Assembly: GCA_030167865.1 (NCBI GenBank)
Contig: JALAGF010005068.1
Span: 62,001 to 88,849 of the forward strand
Length of the DNA stretch: 26,849 nt
Direction: 5' to 3'
From: Craspedostauros australis
Lineage: Eukaryota
Part shown: positions 1 to 8,282 of the stretch, one piece after another
Layout: each line of letters starts with the position of its first letter
How positions within the stretch are numbered: position 1 is the stretch's first letter
The notes under the pieces: model-generated
Seen by the model: the letters and a program-made list of their open reading frames with translations, nothing else
Databases searched by the model: none
What the model was told of the DNA's origin: nothing
Made by a program: the position numbers and the translations under genes

Positions 1-721
1 CAAGAAAATCACACTGGGACATGGTGTATTTTCGACGTGAAAATGGTTCAACGTGTGTTTTCCGCGGTGTCGATCCGCGATGAGAAGCACAGACCGGGCA
101 ACAAGGCACACGATCTTTTCGCTGATGACAGCGTGTGTCTCAGTAGGGATTTCCGTGTGACCTACGGTCGGTGCGTCCACCAGTGTCATCAACACCTCGC
201 AGTGCGAACGGTGAGATTGCATCCCGTTGACGCCGGTCACATGGCGTCAACACACCATGGTCAAAGAGGATGCAGCACAGTACAAGCAGTGCCGGCTTGG
301 TGACGGTCCACCCTCGGAGCGGGGTCCCAGTATTGTCGTCACCTCTTCAGGCGGTCCCTGCACGCTCGCACATGCCCGCATGAGCGGATGGGTCTGATAA
401 ACCAAGTTACGACACACGTGAAACTGATTTAGAGTGAAAAAGAGTAAAGATGCAGATTATGAGTCTTATCGATGTCGTATGCGTCAACGTATTGGCTGCA
501 TTACTGTGTCGTCCCTGATTGGTAACAGCGCCTATCGTGTAACGCCGTTTCAACGGTTTCATACATATCCCGGTTTGGTTTTAGTATCGTCAAGGCCAGG
601 AAACACATTGCAGCATCGAGTCCTCTGGACTACTGTTATTGTTGTCGTTATCGTTATCGGTATGGCGCAAGCAATTAATCAATTTTATACTCTCGCTCTC
701 CAGACAAAGACCTTCGTTACA
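1..721 (-). mobile_element. Possible 5' end of an LTR retrotransposon (LTR 3' end at ~405, PBS 389-405, leader running off the window); upstream LTR boundary uncertain
   Basis: The minus strand reads ..GTGTCGTAAC-TTGGTTTATCAGACCCA, an LTR-end-like CGTAAC(T) abutting the complement of a tRNA-Ile-like anticodon arm. Two CCAAT boxes lie at ~491-495 and ~518-522. One candidate LTR start is TGTAACG at 721; shorter alternatives exist. A possible gag ATG is at 22. Confidence 0.35.
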
Positions 722-729
722 CCTTTGCT

Positions 730-2166
730 CTAATCGCGAACAACGTACGCGCTTGCGATCTTGGCGATGTCAAAGTCGTGCCACGACGATGGGTTTTCAT
801 TTCGATTCTTGTGGAGATCGTTGTCGCTGTGGCGCATCTGTTCGATGACGTCTCCGCCCTTGATGACCTTGGCAAAGCATGGATCACCTTCGCCCGGGAC
901 CTCGTGGTGCTTCTGGGCGCCTGGTCCGTGCAGGCGTGTGTTGTCATTCGTGTTGATGTAGAACGTCGGTCCCAAGCCGGCATACCCCAACGTGAACGTC
1001 TCGTGCGGGTAGTTGTGGGAGTATTCTGCGAAGGTCAGTCCGTTGAATCCCTTGGCGGCGAAATGCTCTGTCTTGGGTTCGAAGGTGCCGAACTTCACAG
1101 GGGCCGCTGCCACGACGTGGGTGGATTTGGTGTGATGGTAGAAGAGGGTGTTGTTCCACAACCCCGCATCGATCACGTCGAGGAACGACAAGACGGAGTG
1201 CGGCATGTGCTCGATCGGTGCCAATTCGATCTCCATCTGCGTCATCGCGGATGGTTTGCCGCCTCCGATCACCTGCACGTTCAGCACGACACGGTGTGGT
1301 CCTTCGCCGTACTTGGCGATGATCTTCTGCCGATCCTCATTTTGGATGTGCATCTGCAGGTCGATCATACGATCATGCAGGGATTCCTGACGGTGCTGCA
1401 CCCAGTTCATCACCACGCTTGTCTGCCGTTGCTGTTCCATTGTCTCATTGTCCAGGTTCATCGCGCTGTGCTGCTGGTGGCGATGTGGCTGTTGCGGTTT
1501 CAGCAGCAGCGCTTCGTCTGCGTTGGATTTGCCATCGGCTCCACTTTTGGTGGGCTTCATCACGGCACCGGACAATGATCCCCACGACGACGTCGGCGTC
1601 AATAGCGCAGGTGCCACGTCCTCTTGTCCCTTGGCGTTGGCAGCTTGCACTTCGTTCTTCAGCAGCCGGAAGGACCGCTGCAGCCGTCGCAGCTGCGCCG
1701 TGACTGTGGAATGCGCGTGCTTGGCATCCAGCAGGGTTTGGTTCGTGTCCTGCATCTGGAGCAGCAAGATTTCAGTCTCAAGGTCGATGCGTTGCGACAG
1801 CGACATCATCGTTTGATGGCGGTGGTACGCGATGGTGGCGGAAAGGATGGCGAAGCCGTAGCTGAAGAACAGCAGCCATCTCCCGAGCGACTTTGCGTAC
1901 TGCGCTTTGCCATAGCCACTGCTGTACCCGCTGCCATGCAAGTTGCGCTTCAGCAGCAGACCTGATTCCGGACAGACACCTGATGTCGAACGAAGCATCT
2001 TTGGTTGGTTGTGGCTACCGTTGCTATCGTGTTGCTGATGTTGTTGCTGGTGTTGTTGCTGGTGTTGTTGCTGGTGTTGCTGTTGCTGGAAGTATGACTG
2101 GAACGACAGTCCTCCCTTTTCCTTCTTCGACGTTGCGGGCACCCCGCGTTTGCTGATGGTCACCAT
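730..2166 (-). CDS. Type II membrane protein with coiled-coil stalk and C-terminal cyclophilin-like (PPIase-fold) domain, probably catalytically degenerate
   Basis: 478-aa ORF. It has an N-terminal Q/H repeat, one hydrophobic segment (WLLFFSYGFAILSATIAY) and a heptad-rich region. The C-terminal domain carries cyclophilin-fold motifs: MEIELAP..MPHSVLSFL, HETFTLGYAG.GPTFYIN..DN..LHG and PCFAKVIKG.DVIEQM. Confidence 0.75.
   Translation of the reverse strand: MVTISKRGVPATSKKEKGGLSFQSYFQQQQHQQQHQQQHQQQHQQHDSNGSHNQPKMLRSTSGVCPESGLLLKRNLHGSGYSSGYGKAQYAKSLGRWLLFFSYGFAILSATIAYHRHQTMMSLSQRIDLETEILLLQMQDTNQTLLDAKHAHSTVTAQLRRLQRSFRLLKNEVQAANAKGQEDVAPALLTPTSSWGSLSGAVMKPTKSGADGKSNADEALLLKPQQPHRHQQHSAMNLDNETMEQQRQTSVVMNWVQHRQESLHDRMIDLQMHIQNEDRQKIIAKYGEGPHRVVLNVQVIGGGKPSAMTQMEIELAPIEHMPHSVLSFLDVIDAGLWNNTLFYHHTKSTHVVAAAPVKFGTFEPKTEHFAAKGFNGLTFAEYSHNYPHETFTLGYAGLGPTFYINTNDNTRLHGPGAQKHHEVPGEGDPCFAKVIKGGDVIEQMRHSDNDLHKNRNENPSSWHDFDIAKIASAYVVRD
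2029..2088 (-). repeat. Coding 12-bp tandem repeat (CAGCAACAACAC) encoding (QQQH)n
   Basis: Visible directly; 20 codons of Q/H. Confidence 0.9.
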
Positions 2167-3109
2167 GGTGGAAGCGGATGGGATGGCAGGAATGTGATCT
2201 GCTCGGCAATGAGATGAAGAGCAGGTTGGAGTTCTATTCTACTCTACGTGCTATGTACAACCTTGTGTGGTGGCAATGTGTGTTGGAGACGTCGAGAATG
2301 TTGTGTGGTTGCAATGGTGTGTTGGAATGTTTGGTGTGGAGTGATGTGGTGTGGTGTGGTGTGGTGTGGTGTGGTGTGATTGTTGCCGATTCTCCGGCTT
2401 TCGCCAACACAGCTGCCACCATGTCGGAGTAGATGCGCGAAGCGATGTCACAAGCGATGCGAGACGATACAACACGATACGATACAACGCGGTGTGATGT
2501 GATGAGGAGTGGAGTGGAGTGAGTTCCTCCTCATAATGTACGGTGTGAACGTGTGCGCTGAAGTGAGAATCCAACAATCGACTGGCGATTCCACGACACC
2601 ACTGACATCACAATTGCCTCTTGGTGCTCATTCCTTGCGTTGGGTGATGTGCGCGGTGTGAGAAAAATGTGGTCATACATGTGACATCCTGTGGGCGATG
2701 TCGCAGAAAGGTATTATTATATTACAACCTTAATAAATATATATAATACGATACACATGAATTAAAGGACTTTGTGAGGCCAAACACACATATTACAACA
2801 CATATATTACGTCTTGCATGTATACGTCGTGTGGGCATCTTTGGTCACGAGACTCATCGCAGTCACGAGTAGCTTCGTGATTGGTCAGAAATGCTCTTGT
2901 GCTCTTTTTCGTGGACATCAAGGCGCAATCCTCTCTGTGATTGTCGTTCCGACTCTCCCCATCACCTCGTCTGTGTACCAAAAGATCGTTGCCTGTACCA
3001 TCCACCACAACTAGCAGTATGCACCACACACTCAACTCACCGTCCCACAGCAATCTCTTCATCTCCCTCCGTCACTCCACTGGTTGCTCGCATCGTGTGT
3101 AGCTTCAGG
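2167..3109. promoter_or_regulatory. Divergent promoter region between the cyclophilin-like gene and the P5A ATPase, with an AT-rich TATA-like core at ~2712-2765
   Basis: Head-to-head genes. TAATAAATATATATAATA at 2731-2748 stands out against the much more GC-rich coding sequence. Confidence 0.5.
2346..2375. repeat. (GTGGT)6 microsatellite upstream of the cyclophilin-like gene
   Basis: Six perfect copies with degenerate copies on either side. Confidence 0.9.
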
Positions 3110-6100
3110 ATGGCAACTTTGAGACTGCGGAAAGGATCCAACAAGGAGAATGCCAAGCAAAAAGAACAGGAGACGGTAACGAGAAGTGTGAGCACCAGCG
3201 CAATGATGAGCGAAGAGACAGTTCCTCTGGTTGAGACGTCGAGATCCAGCAATGACGGCAGCCAGCGACCACCCGCGTCTCAGTCGGATGGCGGGTACAT
3301 GCTGATCCCGTTGACGCAACGATCAACGTTCTTGAGATTGGACGTCGCTCCATTCTTCTGTCTCTATTCGGCCTTGATCGCGGCGGACTTTGCGCTGAGA
3401 GATGCCAACGATGATGGCGGCGATGATGATGGCAATCAAGTCAAACAAGCACCATCCATTGCACTCCCGGCCATGGTGCACGCATTGTTTGCGCTTGCGT
3501 TGATGGCCCATCTCATGGCCTTCCTACTGCAGCAATGGAGCGTCCATGCGCGCACGTTGGTGGGATACAGAAGAGCGCACCTGTCAGCGCTCGCCAACGC
3601 AAGCCGTTCGACCCGTTCCCAATGGACGCATTGCTTGGTGGAGCCTCCGCATGGAGATCGGCAGCAAGGGCAGCAGCAACAGCAACGGACCACGTCGAAC
3701 GATGCCGAGATATGCGCAATCGACGTTCAGCAGCTGCATGGAAATGCGGCGAGCAATGTCTACGTCGTCAATTTCCAGGACATCCTCTTCCGCTGCTGCG
3801 AGGCGGATATTGATCTCGACATTTCCGTTTGGAATCACCACGCCGCGACGGCCACAGTCCAACATCAGCATCAGCGATCGGCCTTCAGGCGGTTGTTCTA
3901 CCCCATCTCCATGCCATTAGAGTTCTTCGCATCGTGGAAGGGACATCAAACGATGGACTCCGTGATCAAGGCGCAGCATGTCTACGGATCCAACAACACG
4001 CCAATCGAGCTGCCAGCCTTCGTGGAGTTGCTCCAAGACCAGCTGGTGGCACCATTCTTCCTCTTCCAGGTACTCTGCGTCATTCTGTGGTCGCTGGATG
4101 AGTACTGGTACTACGCCATCTTCACGTTCTTCGCCATCCTGCTTTTCGAATGCACCGTCGCGTTCAACCGGTTGAAGGGCTTGCAGCGACTGCGCTCACA
4201 CACCAGCCAAAAGGCATTGAAACAGCCGATCTGGGTGTACCGGCCGGGTTACCCGCCCTTCAGCAACAGCTGGATCAAGGTGCGAGCATCGGAGGTCGTG
4301 CCAGGCGATGTCGTCAGCCTGCGCCATCACGCATCCGCACGGCCGGAAGCGGCGGCCATCCTCAATCGAGTTCCGGCTGATATTCTTCTCCTCAAGGGGA
4401 ATGCCGTTGTTGATGAATCGTTACTGACTGGAGAATCCGTACCTCAGCTCAAAATATCGCTCAACGAAGTCAGCTCAGATGCTGTGTCACCCTCAACGTC
4501 GACGTCGACGTCAACGGCAGCAGGGATCAAATCGAACGACGACGGCATGGATGACAGATGCCTTGACTTGCAAGAGCATAAGCAATCCGTTTTGTTCGGT
4601 GGAACCATTCTGAAAGTGACACACGGAGAAGCTGAGAATAGCTCAGATGTTGGCAAGCCTCATCCAGCGCAGCAAAAGGAACAAGGCGAGGACCAGAGCA
4701 AGGGGAGAGCCATTCCTCCTCCGCCAGATCACGGCATCGTCGGCTTCGTGCTGCGGTCTGGATTCGACACAGCACAAGGCAGTCTTTTGCGAACGATGGC
4801 GCACACGCAAAAATCGGTGGAAGGCATTCACAACAACGACACCTACATCTTCATTCTGCTGCTCGTGTGCTGCGCTCTGGCAAGCGCGATGATCGTTTGG
4901 GATGAAGGGTCCAACGACCCAACGCGGAATCAGTTCAAGCTTCTCCTGCACGTCATCATGATTGTGACCATCGTCGTTCCACCCGAGTTGCCAATGGAGC
5001 TGAGTCTCGCCGTGACGAACAGCGTGGCGGATCTGATGAGGCGGTGCCAAGTGTACTGCACTGAGGTCTTCCGCATTCCGCTAGCCGGTCAGGTCGATGT
5101 GTGTTGCTTCGACAAGACTGGGACGTTGACGAGCGATGAGATGCAGCTGAAGGGAGTCCGTGTTGTTCAGAATGCGCAGGAGGTGACCGCCAACGCCACG
5201 TTCGCACCAACCGCTTCCATTGATGAACCCTTGCCTTGGGAAGTCGAGCGGATCATGGCGGGGTGCCATTCGCTCGCAACGAATGGACAGGATGTCATGT
5301 TTGGAAGCGGCGGTCGTCAAGATGAAGATGACATGGTCAACATCATCGGAGATCCGTTGGAAAAGGCAGTGCTCAAGCAGTCGGCCTACCGCATGGTCCA
5401 GAACAACATCCTACAAAATGTCAACAGCAACGGCAACGGCAGCATGAATGCAGGTGCAGACGTAGATGTAGACAAGAACAACATTGCCAAGCCGCAGCAC
5501 TTGCTGATCATGAAGCGTTTCGCGTTCTCGTCCAAGCTCAAGCGCATGAGCGTAATCCTCAGAGAATCCAACTCGCCGTCATCATGGGTGATCACCAAGG
5601 GCGCACCAGAAACGCTCATCGGCTTTCTCAAACCAGATTCGATCCCTGCGGATTACGAGGAGGTGTACAAATCGCACATGAGTCGCGGCGAACGCGTCCT
5701 CGCCATGGCGTACAAGATAATCGATGAGAATAGCGGCAGCAGCAAGCAAACACTGCCAAACATCAAGGAAATGACACGAAGGCAGGCGGAAAAGGACTTG
5801 ATCTTCGCTGGCTTCCTGTTGATGGACTGCCCCATCAAAACGGATTCCAAATCGGTGATTTCAGAATTGCGCAGCACGGGCCACATGGTGGTAATGATCA
5901 CTGGTGACGCCGTCCTGACCGCAGCAGAAGTTGCTCGGCAAGTTGGCATCGTCCAAAGCCACGGCGTTGGTTCCAAACAACAACAGCAGCAGCAGCAGCA
6001 GCAGCAGCAGAAACAAAAATCACAAAACCTTTCGTCGTCTGCTGTCTACAATCTCGAAGATTGCACTGATGACAATCCCGGAGCAATCAATGCAACCGAT

Positions 6101-7672
6101 CCGCTCGATCGCTTTGGATTTGTGCCACTAATTGGAAAGCAGGGTGACAAGAGCGCAATTTCGGTGCGTGATATCATTGCTCGCAAACCACAAGCACCCG
6201 GTGGCAGCGAGGATATCAAGCACAAAGCTGGAACAACGAAGGATCCAGCTGATGATGCAGATCGAATGGAACTAGCCATCACGGGGAGCGTCCTAACAAA
6301 GTTTGCACATGCCATTCTATCCTCTGCAGCGACTGAAGGGTCATCATCACCGAAAGCAGAATGCGCAGAAAAGACAGCAACAGCGGCAACGACTGCCCTG
6401 GCACGGAAGGTGTCGCAAGGTGATGAAAAGCAGGTGCTGCTGCATCCAGAAGTGCAGGACGTGCTGAAGGCTTTGGTACCGCATGTCGCCGTCTTCGCAC
6501 GCCATGCACCGCGGCAGAAGGAGGCGATCGTGGCGGCGTTCAACCTGAGCGGGTACCACACGCTGATGTGCGGCGACGGAACCAACGACGTCGGCGCCTT
6601 GCGCAAGGCCCATGTGGGCATCTCAATCATCAGCGCACCCGAGATCGAGGCGAAACAACGGTCGGCTGTTGCCACCATCTCATCGATCAAGAGATCCAAA
6701 AAGAAGAAGGAGAAGCAGAAGCATCAGGATCGGGAAACTCAGACTGGAAGATCGAAGAGTGGAAAAGGAAAAACGAAAGAAGAGCGTGCGCCCCGATCCC
6801 TGGAGAGTTCGCTTCGGCAGTTGCAGGAAGCGCAGGAGGAGCTGGACCAAGTGGAGCTTGGCGATGCTTCGATCGCATCGCCGTTCACATCTCGCGCCAT
6901 CAGCATCAAGTGCTGCAAGGATGTTTTGCAGCAGGGACGCTGCACGTTGGTGATCATGCTGCAGATCTACAAGATCCTGGGCGTTCATTGCCTTGTGAAT
7001 GCCATGGTGATGAGCAAGCTGTTCCTGCACGGCGTGAAGCAGGGAGATCGACAGCTGACTGTGCTGGACATCGCCGTGGCCAGCCTGTTCTTCTTCGTGA
7101 CGCGGGCCAAGCCGTTGGGAAACATCGCGACCGTGAGGCCGCCGTCCTCGGTGCTGTGCGCGCAAGTCCTGACCTCCATCGCGCTCCAAGTCCTCGTGCA
7201 TTGCGGTTCGATCTGGATCGCGAGCGAAGTGACACTCTCCTTCGTCGATCCGTACGATCCCAGCATGATCCCGGACGGGCCGTTCAATCCCAACACCCTG
7301 AACACGTGCACGTTCCTCATCAAGGCGCTGGCCGTGATCAACACGTTCGCAGTGAACTACCGAGGCCGGCCCTTCATGGAGGACCTGCAAGACAACAAGC
7401 TGATGCTGCGCACGCTGCAGGTGTCCTACGCCGTGCTCCTGATTTGCACGTTGCAAGCGTTCCCGCCGTTGAACGACCTGCTCCAGCTTTCGGAGTTTCC
7501 AAACACCGACGGAGGGACGTGGCGAGATTGGGAAACCGCCGAGGCTGATTCGCCTTCCGTCGCCATCGTGGAGTCAATCGGCTTTCCGGTGTTCATGCTG
7601 TTGCTGATGATCACCGACACGGCGTTGGTGTTCATGGCAGAGCGCATGACTTTGGCAGCATTTGGCGGTTGA
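3110..7672 (+). CDS. ATP13A1: P5A-type ATPase (ATP13A1/Spf1, ER transmembrane-helix dislocase)
   Basis: Intronless ORF; the likely start is ATG 3110 (1520 aa). Motifs: VDESLLTGES (A domain), PPELPMELS (4979-4993, the P5A signature as opposed to P5B PPALP), phosphorylation site CCFDKTGTLT (DKTGT at 5111-5125), KGAPE, MITGD, MCGDGTNDVGAL, GDASIASPFTS, LWSLDEYWYY and NYRGRPFME. Confidence 0.95.
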   Translation: MATLRLRKGSNKENAKQKEQETVTRSVSTSAMMSEETVPLVETSRSSNDGSQRPPASQSDGGYMLIPLTQRSTFLRLDVAPFFCLYSALIAADFALRDANDDGGDDDGNQVKQAPSIALPAMVHALFALALMAHLMAFLLQQWSVHARTLVGYRRAHLSALANASRSTRSQWTHCLVEPPHGDRQQGQQQQQRTTSNDAEICAIDVQQLHGNAASNVYVVNFQDILFRCCEADIDLDISVWNHHAATATVQHQHQRSAFRRLFYPISMPLEFFASWKGHQTMDSVIKAQHVYGSNNTPIELPAFVELLQDQLVAPFFLFQVLCVILWSLDEYWYYAIFTFFAILLFECTVAFNRLKGLQRLRSHTSQKALKQPIWVYRPGYPPFSNSWIKVRASEVVPGDVVSLRHHASARPEAAAILNRVPADILLLKGNAVVDESLLTGESVPQLKISLNEVSSDAVSPSTSTSTSTAAGIKSNDDGMDDRCLDLQEHKQSVLFGGTILKVTHGEAENSSDVGKPHPAQQKEQGEDQSKGRAIPPPPDHGIVGFVLRSGFDTAQGSLLRTMAHTQKSVEGIHNNDTYIFILLLVCCALASAMIVWDEGSNDPTRNQFKLLLHVIMIVTIVVPPELPMELSLAVTNSVADLMRRCQVYCTEVFRIPLAGQVDVCCFDKTGTLTSDEMQLKGVRVVQNAQEVTANATFAPTASIDEPLPWEVERIMAGCHSLATNGQDVMFGSGGRQDEDDMVNIIGDPLEKAVLKQSAYRMVQNNILQNVNSNGNGSMNAGADVDVDKNNIAKPQHLLIMKRFAFSSKLKRMSVILRESNSPSSWVITKGAPETLIGFLKPDSIPADYEEVYKSHMSRGERVLAMAYKIIDENSGSSKQTLPNIKEMTRRQAEKDLIFAGFLLMDCPIKTDSKSVISELRSTGHMVVMITGDAVLTAAEVARQVGIVQSHGVGSKQQQQQQQQQQQKQKSQNLSSSAVYNLEDCTDDNPGAINATDPLDRFGFVPLIGKQGDKSAISVRDIIARKPQAPGGSEDIKHKAGTTKDPADDADRMELAITGSVLTKFAHAILSSAATEGSSSPKAECAEKTATAATTALARKVSQGDEKQVLLHPEVQDVLKALVPHVAVFARHAPRQKEAIVAAFNLSGYHTLMCGDGTNDVGALRKAHVGISIISAPEIEAKQRSAVATISSIKRSKKKKEKQKHQDRETQTGRSKSGKGKTKEERAPRSLESSLRQLQEAQEELDQVELGDASIASPFTSRAISIKCCKDVLQQGRCTLVIMLQIYKILGVHCLVNAMVMSKLFLHGVKQGDRQLTVLDIAVASLFFFVTRAKPLGNIATVRPPSSVLCAQVLTSIALQVLVHCGSIWIASEVTLSFVDPYDPSMIPDGPFNPNTLNTCTFLIKALAVINTFAVNYRGRPFMEDLQDNKLMLRTLQVSYAVLLICTLQAFPPLNDLLQLSEFPNTDGGTWRDWETAEADSPSVAIVESIGFPVFMLLLMITDTALVFMAERMTLAAFGG

Positions 7673-8282
7673 AGTTCTGCTGCCACCATCGTGTAGACTA
7701 CTTCCACATGATCATGGATGTGCTATACCAGCATGGTGGTCCAATACCATCGACTGCCACAGATCGTACATACCATAGCTCGTACACACAAGAAGCGCAT
7801 CTTCGTGTTTCTTTGGTCAATTCCCCTCAAGAGACTCGTGTTTCGATGTTGCTTTCAGTCTTGTCTTTGCAACCGTTTTTGGCGCCAAATCGCTCTTCTT
7901 CTTTCACATTGTTCGCGTTCGTGTTGGTGTTCGTGTTCGTGTTGGTGTTCGCGTTTCATGCATTTAGATATAATAGTGAATGAATACTATGAATGATCAT
8001 GACCCAAAGACGCAACAAGAAGTCCGCCACCGACGGCGATGACACTGCCCACACACGTAACGAACGCAACAATCAACAATCCAACAAACGCCACACAACC
8101 CGCGAACACTTCGAGCAATGCTCTGACACTACGACCACGACCTACTCCACACAATGCGCCACACAAGGAGACAAAGCAAACCAAATCACCGCACAACATC
8201 GTTGAAGAGGAAGAGCAGCAAAGAGAGGAAGGATCTTTGCGCAGCGTCTCATCTCATCTCATCAAGAGCAACCTGAGGCATC

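Noticed and set aside
389-405. tRNA-Ile gene
   Set aside because: Only an anticodon-arm-like 17-mer; no acceptor stem, D arm or T arm around it.
2335-2525. GTGGT, GATAC and GAGTG pentamer runs as possible telomeric repeats or a CRISPR-like array
   Set aside because: Not TTAGGG-type, and there is no repeat-spacer architecture or cas gene; these are ordinary microsatellites.
2891-3109. 73-codon N-terminal extension of the P5A ORF from ATG 2891
   Set aside because: Reads like UTR or promoter sequence with no ATPase-like character; ATG 3110 is the more plausible start.
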